Of a DNA stretch of 64,000 bases, positions 38,578 through 51,472 are shown one piece after another. The DNA lies in the NCBI GenBank assembly GCA_951406725.2, contig OX597815.1, positions 205,096,001 to 205,160,000 of the forward strand. Reading direction: 5' to 3'. Positions within the stretch are counted from its first letter, which is position 1; each line of letters opens with the position of its first letter. The DNA comes from Octopus vulgaris. Taxonomy: Eukaryota. The position numbers were made by a program, and so were the translations under genes. The notes under the pieces are model-generated. The model was not told the DNA's origin and made no database searches. It saw only the letters and a list, made by a program, of their open reading frames with translations.

Positions 38578-39009
38578 AATCTTTTCTACTAAAGGTACAA
38601 GGCCCGAAATTTTAGGGGAAAGGACTAATCGATAACATCGACCCAGTGTTTCACTAGTATTTAATTTATCGACCTCGAAAGGATGACAGGCAAAGTCGAC
38701 TTCAGTGGCATTTGAACTCAGAATGTAAAGACGGACGAAATGCTGCTGAACATTTCGTCCGGCGTGCTAACGATTCTTATTTCTTTATTGCCCATAAGGG
38801 GCTAGATATAGAGGGGACAAACAAGGACAAACAAAGGGTTTTAATCGATTAGATCGACCCCAGTGCGTAACTCGTACTTAATTTATCGACCCCGAAAGGA
38901 TGAAAGGCAAAGTCGACCTCGGTGGAATTTGAACTCAGAACGTAGCGGCAGACGAAATACGGCTACGCATTTCGCCCGGCGTGCTAACGATTCTGCCAGC
39001 TCGCCGCCC
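38578..39009 (-). mobile_element. SINE family B dimer (young-tail unit followed by old-tail unit)
   Basis: Two cores; minus-strand junction AAAGAAATA|AGAATCGTTAGCACG near 38777. Confidence 0.88.
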
Positions 39010-40479
39010 TTATGGGTTATAAAATAATAAAGGTTGTGGCTCATAGATCTGTTATCCTTGTCTAGACAGGAGGACCGGGTCATCTAAATACAGCTGTAAG
39101 CCCTTAATGATTTATATGGCTGGTTTGTATTTCATGTGTGTGTGTGTGTTAGGCGACCTTTCCATAGGTGGGAATATTTAGTTCTCTGGTGTTGTCTGTT
39201 TTAACGTATTATTTCTCGAGACAGCACATTCGTGGTATTGGATGCTTTAGATCAACTCACATTGCATACAACGGCGAATAGAAGTATTGTAGAGTCACTC
39301 AAGAGAATACAAGAATAGAAACTGGAGTAGATTTTTGTTGTATAATTTGAGTTATGGCTCTCTGAAATAAAAACAATAACAAAAGCAACAACTACAACAA
39401 CAGAAGTAGCAACAACAATAATACCAAGAACAGCAGAAGTAGTAAGAACAAAGAAACAACAATAGCTGAACTAAATAGAAACTGACGAGAATTTAGTTTG
39501 GGTTAAGTGAAACAACGTCTCCAGAGAATTGCTTCGAAATATGAACTGTGGATGTTAGTAAAGTGTTTCTGTATAGCTTCGTAACGGATGGTGAGGGCGA
39601 TGATTATGATGGTGTTTGTAATAGTGATAGAAGTGATTATGGGAGCGTTAATGGTGATGATGGATGCTTGTAAAAATAAAGAGAAGGGGGGAAAAAAGGA
39701 AAAGGAAAATGATGATAATCGTATTAATATTGTCTAGTAACAGTTTGACATAATACACAATGGCTGGTTGATATGAATGGGAATCTTAAGTTTATGAATG
39801 AATCATTGAGATTGTGGTTGGAGAGAGAAACATGTGTTTGTGCGCCATATCGCGAGCGGGAAGTACCTGGTGATTTAATATAGCGACCCAGTTTCGCTTC
39901 TTGGTTTTCGATTTCCATTCTACTTCGTTTATGGCGCTTAATGCCTTTTGGGAAATATTAATGTGTAAGAAAAGAGGGGGAGAGGGAGAGAACAGAACGA
40001 AAGAGAGTTCCGATATGATGAAGTTCTGAAGAAGAAATAGTTGGTAAAAAAGAGTAAAATAGTAGACAGATTTGGAAAGTCTGGCTCAGAGGAGGTAACA
40101 CAAAGGGCATCCAGAGTAAAAGTTTTGGTTCCCTCATTCTTATGTCCAGTTGAAATATAAAACCCAATGCTCAGTGTTCATGGTAAAAGCAAATATTTGC
40201 ATTGGTGCACTTGAGACGAAAAATACAAAAACGGCTTACAACTAGTTCGTAGCAAAAATATCTAATATGGCTACAAGAAAAAAAAACTTCTCCGCAAGCT
40301 GAGTTGCTATGAAAATATTTTACCTGCTGTAAGGTATTCTTCTGTTCCCTTTTCTCTTTTCTCAATTGCTAGAATAGTTAACGATTTAGGATAAAGAAGA
40401 AAAAAAACTCAAATTGAAATATGTCTTTAAACTGTGAATTAATTTCTCTCTTTTTAAGAAATATTTCATTGTGAAACTT

Positions 40480-40978
40480 AGTTAATTTGTCTTGAGTTAT
40501 GCCGTGTTGAAGATTCCTTCTGGCCATTCCTTCTGGCCATTCCTTCTGGCATTTCCCAGGCCTTACATGGTGGAAGCTGGCTTCAGCTTTGCACGAGGTG
40601 ATTTGAGACTGAAACTGACCAACATTCAGCCTGATATCAATGCCTTGATTTAGGATCCCCATGCTCATCCCTCACATTGATGTTGTCAATTTCAATAAAA
40701 GATATTCCAGCAATGAGATGCATTTTTCACATTTTCTAACCGTGAAAACAATTTCATAAAAATTGAAAGTTTAATACTATACACTCCTACACGTCGTTTT
40801 AAACGTAAAAAGTGTGTCATCTTCAACAGAATTTCTTAATTGGTCGTACATGTGTATTTTAGCTAACATTTTAATTGCTAGCATCAGTACCAGGTACGCA
40901 TTCTAAATGAGGAAGGTGGTCGATACTGAAGAAGTGGCTAAAGGGGGCCGATGGTCGAAAAACTTTTGGCGACCCCTG
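40480..40978 (+). mobile_element. hAT-Charlie/Buster transposon 3' remnant with transposase C-terminus
   Basis: 40537-40680: PFLLAFPRPYMVEAGFSFARGDLRLKLTNIQPDINALI*DPHAHPSH* (hAT dimerisation-domain end); right TIR TTTGGCGACCCCTG ends at 40978. Confidence 0.85.
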
Positions 40979-41960
40979 GGCTAAACCCTTCAAGGCGGTG
41001 TCCCACCATTGCTGCTGTCTAATGACTGAAACAAGTAAAAAAAAAAGTTTTATGTTTGAGTAAACAGTAAATCTGATACCTAAATAGTCAAGTGAAATAT
41101 TTAAAGACAGCAATAATCATAGAGTTCAGAGAGGTAATCTGACTTTATAACATAGTTTACTTGTAGTTCACCTCTCGATTTGTAGCATATAAGTAGGGCT
41201 TCCTTGGCGTTAAAAATACACGTAATATCTGCTGGTCAATCAGAGAAAATCATGCGTGTCATAAGAGTAAAGCTAACCACACACACACACACATATATAT
41301 ATATGCTCGCTTAGCCAGCGGGGTGGCGTCATTTGAAGGCTAAAACAATGCGAAGCGCATTATGACCAGCGATGTGTAGCAACATCTGATAGCCTGGTCG
41401 GTCACTGTGATATACATATACATACACATACCCATAGATAGAAAGCTAGATAGACAGACAGACAGACAGATAGACAGAGATAGATTAGGGTAACTAATGA
41501 TACATATATAAATATAAAGATATATATACGCGCACGCACACAAACACAAACATACACACATACTTATATATTGCCTTTAAGATCAGATGTTCAAAGTTAG
41601 CTGGGGTTCGACGAATTTTGAGGAAGACGAAATAGGGAAATTAAGTGAAATGTGCTTAGTAAATGACCTGAAAGCACAGCTGTTACTCAGGAAACAACGG
41701 AAGTTTGGCCATGCAGGCTACGATTGCACGTATTTATATATACCTTTAACATACACAGCGGGGAATTACGAAAAGTAAGCTATCTGGTTAAGGTTTTGAA
41801 GGGATGTTCCTTTTAAGGGGGTTGCAGCTGTTTCGGTGGAAGTGAACCGACTCACACATGTAAAGTTTTAAGTACAGATGTCCTTCTGTACTTTGCTGAT
41901 TTAAAAGAACATTACCTGGGAGGTGGGGGGAATGTTTGTGTTTCTTTTTTTTTTTTTTTT

Positions 41961-42350
41961 ACTTGTTTCAGTCATTTGACTGCGGCCATGCTGGAGCACC
42001 GCCTTTAGTCGAGCAAATCGACCCCGGGACTTATTCTTTTTGTAAGACCAGTACTTATTCTATCGGTCTCTTTTGCCGAACCGCTAAGTGACGGGGACGT
42101 AAACACACCAGCATCGGTTGTCAAGCAATGCTAGGGGGACAAACACACACACATACACACACACATACATACATATATATATACATATATACGACAGGCT
42201 TCTTTCAGTTTCCGTCTACCAAATCCACTCACAAGGCTTTGATCGGCCCGAGGCTATAGCAGAAGACACTTGCCCAAGGTGCCACGCAGTGGGACTGAAC
42301 CCGGAACCATGTGGTTTGTAAACAAGCTACTTACCTCACAGCCACTCCTG
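41961..42350 (-). mobile_element. SINE family A with a long TSD
   Basis: Flanked by GGAATGTTTGTGTTTC(T)n on both sides. Confidence 0.92.
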
Positions 42351-42939
42351 GAATGTTTGTGTTTCTTTTTTTTTTTTTTTTGGTGTGTGAAATAGAAATA
42401 AATGAGTTGATGTTGTTGACGTTGTTGTTCAGGTCAGCTCTAATTGAAGAAACCTATGATGAAGTCATAATCCCGACATGTGTCGTTTCTCTTTTCAAAA
42501 CGGTAGAATGTATTCTGACGAAGAGTTCTCTGTTATTTATAGCAGGTCAAGCGGTCACATAGCAGTTTTGTCTTCAGAATTTAGTTATTGCTCAATTTGT
42601 TACATAAATCCGTACCTAGTTTTATTATATATACTTCCTTCCATGCGTCAACAGATCGAGAAATGAACCGTGGAAATTCCTTGAGAAGCACTGTGTACTT
42701 CATGTCATTCAATGTCAATAGAAGATACAAATATGGTTTCCTTTTCCCTTCTTTCTGTTTACTTGCTACTAATACACGCTTTCACAAAGTAGAACTCCTT
42801 GAAACTGTTACCCTGTATGTTGACACAAAGAACTGTCTCTCTCTTTTCTCCCAATTGTTAAACTACTAATGTTCTATTAAGAGAAAAGTAAAAGATAACA
42901 CACTACATTAATTTCTTCCAAGTTTTTACTAATTTCCAT

Positions 42940-43170
42940 TTAGTTAGTTAGTTAGTTAATTTGGCTCAAAAGAAATAGCAAGGCCATGTAGGGGGACATG
43001 GAGTTAAGTACAGGGTGGTGTTCATGTAGAGAGTTCAGGCCACTTGAGGTCAAGGGAGGCTTTGAACAAAGCGGTCGTCGGCATCTTCACTATCTCGTCT
43101 GGCAGCTTGTTCCACGGATCCGCAACCCGGACGGAGAAAGCTCCTCTCCTTCGATTGAGATGAAATTTAT
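42940..43170 (-). mobile_element. CR1-clade LINE 3' stub with (AACT)n tail
   Basis: Reverse complement of 45886-46120. Confidence 0.88.
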
Positions 43171-43213
43171 TAGAAGTCGCTTCATAAAAGTGTTTTAAAA
43201 CAATATTTTATTA

Positions 43214-43515
43214 ATATTCTGTTGTCTCTTTGAGAGTCATTTTCTTTTTGTGCCTTATAATTTAACACACTCACCGGTAAAATTTCCATTTATTTCTTAT
43301 TTTTATTATCCTAAAATTTTCGTTGCGTCTTGCAACCTTTTCAATAGTTTTGACTCGGGCAACCTTTTCAATAGTCAAGACTATTGAAAAGGTTGCAAGA
43401 CGCAACGAAAATTTTAGGATAATAAAAATAAGAAATAAGTGGAAATTTTACCGGTGAGTGTATTGAATTATAAGGGACAAAAAGAGAATGACTCTCCCCA
43501 GACACAACAGAATAT
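43214..43515. repeat. Fold-back element with arms of about 142 bp, each carrying a hammerhead-like motif
   Basis: 43214-43355 versus 43373-43515; + strand CTA-TTGAAAA-G-GTTGC aagac GCAAC-GAAA-AT-TT-TAG at 43381-43417. Confidence 0.85.
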
Positions 43516-43713
43516 GCTTCAACACACGAAAGCCAAAACCAAAAACGAAATTTTATAAATACATCTCATGTTATACCATGCTGGTGATTTCTAAGAATAA
43601 AATAGTGCTATACATGATTAGCAGTGATTAGAAATTTTAAGAACTTCGTAATAAGTAAGCAAGAAAGAGAAAAAAGGAGGGAAAATCAAATATGTGTACT
43701 CTGCATCTTCTTA

Positions 43714-43980
43714 AATAAAAATAATAATAAATGCGCCCTTTTAAAGCCTAGCCAGGTTCATGAGCCCGGTTTCCCGGTTTCCGTGACGTATGTGTTCCCG
43801 AGCTGGATGGGATGCCAGTCCATCGCAGCGTTACTCATTTTTGCCGGCTGAGTGGACTGGAGCAACGTGAAATGAAGTGTTTTGCTCAAGAACACAACGC
43901 GTCGCCCGGTCCAGGAATCGAAACCACAATCTTACGATCATGATGCTAACACCCTAACCACTAAGCCACGCGCCTCCACT
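43714..43980 (-). mobile_element. SINE family C (tail type 1), full length
   Basis: Box A TGGCTTAGTGG, box B GGTTTCGATTCC, CORE-like GTGTTCTTGAGCAAAACACTT; 12-bp TSD TGCATCTTCTTA. Confidence 0.92.
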
Positions 43981-44852
43981 TGCATCTTCTTACTTAATTT
44001 TTAAATTTCATATCCCACCAAAGAAAGACAAAATTGGCCTCGGCAGGATTTGAAGTTTGAACTAAAAGAACCGTAAGAAATGCCGCCTAACATTTTGTTT
44101 GACGTGCTAACGATACTTACCAGCTCGCTGTTTAGACTTAGATATGCTAAGTCTGAAAATAAACTGAAAATGAAACTGGATTGTGTATGCTGGAACATTT
44201 GTAAATCTTAAGCCAACTTGATCAGAGTAGATCAGAGGTCAATATGTAACAACAACAGCAAAAACCCCAGCAGCAGTCATTTTGATGGTTCTTTTAAACC
44301 AGGTGAGGGGAAACCTTTTTTATATTTCAACTCTGCATTCATCTAATAGGAATTTAATTAGAATGGATTAAGGAAAATTAATAATAAATGTGCAGAAAAA
44401 TGTAATTACATTTATGGTGGAAATGTAATTATAGATATTAAAATAACAAATAAATATAAACTAATCTTTTAATGACTTGTGTAGTAATTAATATCTGTGT
44501 TTTTATAGTTTTTTGTTGTTTCGAGTTTGACTGAAGATTTTTGGTTGTGAAGTCGGAATTTTTCTTCGCTTTTTGGTTTTCGTTTAGCTTTGAGTCTGAA
44601 CTTATTACTCTTTTGACAAATTTTACTTCTCCTAGATTCTAGCTATATTTCATTATAGTTGACATTCTGTAAAACTTAGCGAAACATGATGGCTCTTTTC
44701 TAAGCGTCGATCATATCAAGTGTGTGTATGTGTGTGTGGGGAGGGCATCTATGTATCATACTTAATGTGTACACATTGTTGATAGGCCAGTAACTGGTAT
44801 TTATCCTGAGATAATATCTTCTATGTGAAGGTGCGTGGCCTAGTGCTTAGGG

Positions 44853-45053
44853 CATTGCTTTTCAAACTTTTTGCTGGAGCGGAACCCCAAGGAAGCATTC
44901 CACTGGCTCGGGGAACCCCTGTGCAATAATTTAATAGTCTTATGCACACATATCTGCACAGGAAAATTAAAAATTACTGCCGATTTTAGCAGTTTTGTTA
45001 CTTCTTGCGGAACCCCTGGACTGTACTGGCGGAACCTTGGTTGAAAACCACTG
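44853..45053 (+). mobile_element. hAT MITE family H1
   Basis: Near-identical to 4191-4391; degenerate TSD GCTTAGGG / GCTTTGGA. Confidence 0.92.
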
Positions 45054-45067
45054 GCTTTGGATATAGA

Positions 45068-45217
45068 CACTAGCGTAGCTAGAGTGTGTGCCGCCCGGGG
45101 CGGCCCTTCCGTTTGCCGCCTCCGGACAACGCAAAAAACACATATTACCTACAGCAATGGCCTACAACAAGATGAAAAGTTCCACCCGGGGCGGACTGCC
45201 CCCCAGCTACGCTAGTG
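45068..45217. mobile_element. hAT-type MITE family H3, 150 bp
   Basis: Perfect 13-bp TIR CACTAGCGTAGCT / AGCTACGCTAGTG; TSD GATATAGA / GGTATAGA; subterminal CCCGGGGCGG repeats. Confidence 0.88.
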
Positions 45218-45702
45218 GGTATAGATCATGGGACCGAGCGGTGTGTTATGTTCTTGAGCAAAATACCTCATTTCACGTTGCTCCAGTCCACTCAGCTGTA
45301 AATGAGTAACTCTGTGACAAAGTTACCCATTTTGCGATCAAAGGGAATATTGGCCGGCCCACCTAACCAGCCGGGTGGTGTCATTCGAAAGTTAAAACAA
45401 TGCGAAGCGAATTGTGACCAGCGGTATTTGACAGCATCCGATAGGCTAGTCTTGCTTTGTTAAAAACGCAATGAATATGAGCGAGAAACGAAAGTCCATC
45501 CCAGCAGCGGCCAACGAGAACGTCAGATGCATTTCAGCATTTTTGGACCTTTTCAATGGCGCGTACTCGCAGCCAACCACATGCTAGAAAAAGAGGGAAA
45601 ACGCAAAACATTCATTGACGTTGCGAATAGTTTTTGCCAGCTCGCCGCCTTCACGTGTAGAACACTTGCCATTTAATGCCACTCTAGCTATTACAATGCC
45701 TG

Positions 45703-46120
45703 TCTTATGAAGAAGGGCTGAAGACGCTCGACCTTTATTCTCTAGAAAAACGATGACGCCGTGGTGATCTCATTCTTGCTCACAACATCATAAGCGGAAA
45801 GTGTAACCTCTCGAAAGAGCTGTTCTTCACTCCTGCTCCAGAGCGTCGGCTGCGGGATCACTCCGAAAAGCTCTATCTGCGACGATTTCATCTCAATCGA
45901 AGGAGAGGGGCTTTCTCCATCCGCGTTGCGGATCCGTGGAATAAGCTGCCGGACGAGATGGTGAAGATGCCGACGACCGCTCGGTTCAAAGTCTCTCTTG
46001 ACCAGAAATGGCCTGAACTCTTTGCATGAACACCCTCCCTGTACATAAATCCATGTCCCCCTACATGGCCTTGCTTTTTTTCTTTTTGAGCCAAAAAATT
46101 AACTTAACTTAACTTAACTT
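45703..46120 (+). mobile_element. CR1-clade LINE 3' fragment
   Basis: 45703-46029: SYEEGLKTLDLYSLEKR*RRGDLILAHNII...LRDHSEKL...FSIRVADPWNKLPDEMV....RFKVSLD, the CR1 ORF2 C-terminus pattern; (AACTT)n tail. Confidence 0.92.
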
Positions 46121-46250
46121 ACTATTCATTTTGGAATCAATCGCAGATTCTTTTTAGTTTGATTTCTAGCTAGAAAGATTTATTGTTCTACTGCCTGTAA
46201 GCGCATGCGCGGTATTATTTGTAGTTTTACAAATACTGATATAGATATAT

Positions 46251-46668
46251 CAGGAGTGGCTGTGTGGTAAGTAGCTTGCTAACCAACCACATGGTTCCGG
46301 GTTCAGTCCCACTGCGTGACACCTTGGGCAAGTGTCTTCTGCTATAGCCCTGGGCCGACCAATGCCTTGTGAGTGGATTTGGTAGACGGAAACTGAAAGA
46401 AGCCTGTCGAATATATGTATATATATATATATATATATTATGTGTGTATATGTATGTGTGTCTGTGTTTGTCCCCCTAGCATTGCTTGCAACCGATGCTG
46501 GTGTGTTTATGTCCCCGTCACTTAGCGGTTCGGCAAAAGAGACCGATAGAATAAGAACTGGGCTTACGAAGAATAAGTCCCGGAGTCGATTTGCTCGACT
46601 AAAGGCGGTGCTCCAGCATGGCCGCAGTCAAACGATTGAAACAAGTAAAAGAGTAAAAGAGAGAGAGT
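46251..46668 (+). mobile_element. SINE family A, near full length
   Basis: Homology to 1204-1620. Confidence 0.92.
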
Positions 46669-47064
46669 TAAATATATCATTTATTAAGATGTGCATTTTG
46701 CAACTGAACACCCATTTTCTGACGCCAACTGTTCGTCTGTGAATGATTTATAAATTGTTGCTTGTCATGACGTCTTTTGGACGGGGTCTGTTAATCAGAA
46801 TGAGAGCATTTTTATCTGTAGGTGAATTTATCTAAAAATGCTACCCAGATGTGATAATGTTAAGAGGGTCATTGTTTTCGTCTATCAAACATGCTTTCAT
46901 TGTTTTCCAAATATGTCTGGGTTTCCAGCTGTTATTAAAAAAGTGACTTATATTTTTTGAAAATTCTAATGTCTTATCAGACATTAAATTTTGAATACGC
47001 AAATGTATGTAAAGGAGGGGACATTGAAAAGTACGACACGCGACCAAACTTCGGACTCAGTAAA

Positions 47065-47390
47065 AAAAAGACTCCGCCGGTTACGACGACGAGGGTCCCA
47101 GCTGATACGATCAACGGAACAGCTTGCTCGTGAAATTAACGTGCAAATGGCTGAGCATTCCACAGACACGTGTACCCTTAACGTAGTTCTCGGGGATAAT
47201 CAGCGTGACACAGAGAGTGACAAGGCTGACCCTTTGAAATACAAGTACAACTCATTTTTGCCAGCTGAGTGGACTGGAGCAACGTGAAATAAAGTGTCTT
47301 GCTCAAGGACACAACGCGTCGCCGGGAATCGAACTCACAACCTTACGATCATGAGCCGAATGCCCTAACCACTAAGCCACGCGCCCTCAC
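47065..47390 (-). mobile_element. SINE family C (tail type 2), full length
   Basis: 13-bp TSD CGGACTCAGTAAA (47052-47064, 47391-47403); tRNA-like head and CORE-like segment. Confidence 0.93.
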
Positions 47391-47492
47391 CGGACTCAGT
47401 AAAGGATTCAGCACTCCACTCTAGTACGACGCAGGATATTTCTTGCGAGACAATGATGAGGTGAAGTGCATGATTGCATGTGTTTCTATTAC

Positions 47493-47812
47493 GATAAACG
47501 ATAAACTTCGCCCCTTTTCAAGCCTAGCCAGGCCCATGGGCCCGGTTTCCCGGTTTCTGTGGGGTATGTGTTCCCCCCAGCTGGACAGGACGCCAGTCCA
47601 TCGCAGCGTTACTCAAGAAACAGGAAGAGAGAGTGAGAGAAAGTTGTGGCGAAAGAGTACAACAGGGGTCGCCACCCCCACCCCCTGCCGGAGCCTCGTG
47701 GAGCTTTTAGGCGTTTCGCTCAATAAACACACAACGCCCGGTCTGGGAATCGAAACCGCGATCTTCCGACCGCGAGTCCGCTGCCCTAATCACTGGGCCA
47801 TTGCGCCTCCAC
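47493..47812 (-). mobile_element. SINE family C variant (tail type 1, different middle), full length
   Basis: 15-bp TSD ATGTGTTTCTATTAC (47478-47492, 47813-47827); tRNA-like head; (CGTTTAT)n tail. Confidence 0.92.
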
Positions 47813-47879
47813 ATGTGTTTCTATTACTGTTATGTAATTATTTTGGTGAAACGCGAGTATGCCCGATACAGCATTGAAT

Positions 47880-48160
47880 GTCATATCTGTTTTCACCTTC
47901 GAAACACGCTGGAGTTGAACTAGGGACAGCTGATGAAGGGGAATTTTCCTTGTGTAGTTTGTCTTGTACTCTGTTTTTTCGTTGTTAAAAAAGGTCCGTT
48001 TCCATGTTTGTTTTTACGTTTTTCGTTTCTCGTTGAGTTCTACGTCTATTTGTGGTGTCCTGTACTCACGTATATATGTTTATATATGCATGTATATATA
48101 CATGTAGATGTAGGTACGTACATATATGTATGTATGCATTTATTTTATTTATTACACTAT
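47880..48160 (+). mobile_element. (TA)n-abutting element, family P5
   Basis: 3' 110 bp shared with 24628-24740. Confidence 0.65.
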
Positions 48161-48534
48161 TATATATATATATATATATATATACTCTTTTCTGATGCTT
48201 TTTCTGAATAATACAAGCCTTTCCGACGCAGACCGCCACTCGTCTCCATAGATTCTGTTGTCACACACAAACACACACACACACATTCACACACTCACTC
48301 ACTCACTCACTCACTCATGTATTATATGTATGTATTATAAACATAGGAATCGGGGGTGCCTTTCACCAGCAGTCTTCGAAACACTGGATCAATTTAAGAA
48401 TAATCTGACAAAAATTAGTTCCGGTTAAACGAATACATTTTCATTATTTGGTTTCACCTTGGTTTGTATGGCTTCGAAACGACAGGACACAACCTTACTA
48501 CGAGCATTTTCAATATGATAGCGAGACTGTAGAA

Positions 48535-48753
48535 CAGTGGTTTTCAACCAGGGTTCCACGGAACCTTAAGGTTCCGCCAGTACAGTCCAGGGGTTCCGCA
48601 AGAAGTTACAAAACTGCTAAAATCGGCAGCAATTTTTAATTCTCCTGTGCAGATATGTGTGCATAAGACTATTAAATTATTGCACAGGGGTTCCTCGAGC
48701 CAGTGGAATGTTTCCTTGGGGTTCCGCTCCAGCAAAAACTTTGAAAAGCACTG
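48535..48753 (-). mobile_element. hAT MITE family H1
   Basis: TIRs plus perfect TSD CTGTAGAA (48527-48534, 48754-48761). Confidence 0.94.
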
Positions 48754-48942
48754 CTGTAGAAAAATATGTTCTTCTTCTGAAGGCGTGAAACATTGAGCTT
48801 ACGAAAAAAAAAGGAACGAAGCTTTCAGAAAAGGTGATAATTTATTTTAATGAAAGGGATTATCGTTAAACTCAAACAGATTGTAATTCTGCGTTTATGT
48901 CACGTACTGTAAAGCACACAAATTTCTACGCTTATAACAGAT

Positions 48943-49000
<58 letters not shown>

Positions 49001-50173
49001 ACTGACACACAGGCACACATACATACGCGTATGAACATATATATATATAGCTATTAGTAGTTTCATGTATGTCGGTTTCACATACGACCGGTCATGCAAT
49101 ATTTGGTTAATGCTCGAACAGCGGATCAGCTAAACTTATCATTGATCAAGTATCACTTCATGCAGTTGAGTATGTGCTAGGTCAGAAATATTGTTGACTG
49201 GATTGTTATGGTGTGAAGGAAACCACCTCGTCTAAAACGTCATCGAGATATAACTACACTACGACGGTTGTTTTAACTGATCGTACTCTATTTGCATCGG
49301 TGGATATTTTGAAGTTTGTGGATCCTGCTGCAAAGAATTTACTCTGAACTCTGGTCAAGCGATATCACTGGCAGTTTTAATATCTGAAACATTTCGATTA
49401 GGCAAAGTCTACAATTTTGCAATCCATTAAATTACAGGTTTACTTTATCGACAATGCTCTATATCACTCCGCATGAGTGGAGTCTAGACTGACTGGCTAG
49501 TTTATACTGGTTTTGAGTCATATAAGTTGTAAAAATGATGTCAAACCAAATAGTGATATTTTGAAATCCTTTAACGCGTGCATTTCTGGTTTGCATAAAT
49601 AATATATAATAAGAAATGCATCCATTATAGAAATGCATCGTCACTAAGGTGTGCCACCTTAGTCATGTCCGTTTTTGAACCCGTGATGTTCTTTAAACTT
49701 AAATACTGATCCCTCTTTATTATGTCCTCATCGAGATAAATGCATTAAGAACGACCGTCGTTTCCGATTGACCGATGCTTTCAGATTTTATTAATTCACA
49801 TAAACAGTTTTGGCTCAAACTCATGGGTTTTTTTTTTTCTGTAGTACATGATGTATATGTTTGTGTGTGTTTTACTACCACGTACGTCTGAGAGAGAATA
49901 GGAACTATTACAGGATGGTTACTGTTGATGCTGAAATCATTAAAAGCCTGATGAATTTCACGGATGGTTTATATATATACACACACATCATATATATATA
50001 TATATATATATACTTACATATAAGACCAAAGGGGTACGTGCGCCGCTATATATATATATATATATATATATATGTAAAAAAATACAAACTGAAGATTGAA
50101 GGCTTCGAATGTCCCGTTCGTGTTTTTTGTATCGTCTTCTAAATGTTTTGCGTTCTTGTCCCAGTTTGTATTA

Positions 50174-50265
<92 letters not shown>

Positions 50266-50611
50266 TTTTACTCTTTTACTTGTTTCAGTCATTTGACTGC
50301 GGCCATGCTGGAGCACCGCCTTTAGTCGAGCAAATCGACCCCGGGACTTATTCTTTGTAAGCCCAGTACTTATTCTATCGGTCTCTTTTGCCGAACCGCT
50401 AAGTTACGGGGACGTAAACACACCAGCATCGGTTGTCAAGCAATGCTAGGGGGACAAACACAGACACACAAACACACACCCCGCATATATATATATACAT
50501 ATATACGACAGGCTTCTTTCAGTTTCCGTCTACCAAATCCACTCACAAGGCATTGGTCGGCCCGGGGCTATAGCAGAAGACACTTGCCCAAGATGCCACG
50601 CAGTGGGACTG

Positions 50612-50614
<3 letters not shown>
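50266..50614 (-). mobile_element. SINE family A, 5'-truncated
   Basis: Homology to family A. Confidence 0.9.
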
Positions 50615-50655
<41 letters not shown>

Positions 50656-51240
50656 AAATTACGAATTAAAAGCAGCTCTTATAAAGTAAACATTATCGAT
50701 CGCACGTACATAGTATAATGCGTTTTGTACATTCGCCAACCCTGATGCGGGATAACGTCCGGGAAAAGCTTCTCAAAAGACGTCGACTATTAAAGAACAC
50801 CTGAATGTTACAGACCAGGTGAGACAATTCGCCTGGGAATCACCGAGAATGGCAGACACCGATATTTCGCCATTATCTCGGGTCATCTCGAAACGAAGTG
50901 AAATCTGTTTGCTGATATATTGCAGCAGGTGACTCCTTTTTGCCGAACCGCTAAGTCATGGGAACGTAAACACCGGTTATCAAGAGGTGGGGGTGGAGTG
51001 GAAGACAGACAGACAGACACACACACACACACACACACAGACACACACACACAGACACACATATATATATATATATATATACACACACACGTTGGGCTTC
51101 TTTTAAATTCCGTCAACCAAATCTTATGAGACTTTGGTTAGCCTGAGGCTATAGTAGAAAATACTACCCCAAAGTGTCACGCAGTGGGACTGAACCTGCC
51201 ACCATGTGGTTTGGAAGAAAGCTCAATACCGCACAGCCAA

Positions 51241-51472
51241 GACGGCGAGCTGGCAGAAGCGTTAGCACGCCGGGCGAAATGCTTTGCGGTATTTCGTCTC
51301 CCGTTATGTTGTGAGTTCAAATTCCGCCGAGGTCGACTTTGCCTTTCATCCTTTCGGGGGTCGATAAATTAAGTACCAGTTACGCACTGGGGTCGATGTA
51401 ATCGACTTAATACCTTTGTCTGTCTTTGTTTGTCCCCTCTATGTTTAGCCCCTTGTGGACAATAAAGAAATA
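51241..51472 (+). mobile_element. SINE family B, full length, head-to-head with a degenerate SINE A (50930-51240)
   Basis: Homology to family B; ends AAAGAAATA|GGTAT. Confidence 0.9.

Larger units (their letters stand above)
44826..45450 (+). mobile_element. SINE family C (tail type 3) split by two hAT MITEs
   Basis: Head GTGAAGGTGCGTGGCCTAGTGCTTAGGG at 44826; body resumes at about 45226 with the CORE-like segment. Confidence 0.75.

Noticed and set aside
47885-47955. GAAAC...CTGATGAAGGGG resembling a type II hammerhead
   Set aside because: I could not build stems I and III, and stem II is followed by GTGT rather than GAAA.
50718-50825. Short ATG ORF and CAG|GTGAGA donor-like site
   Set aside because: The ORF stops after 28 codons; no homology recognised and no acceptor.
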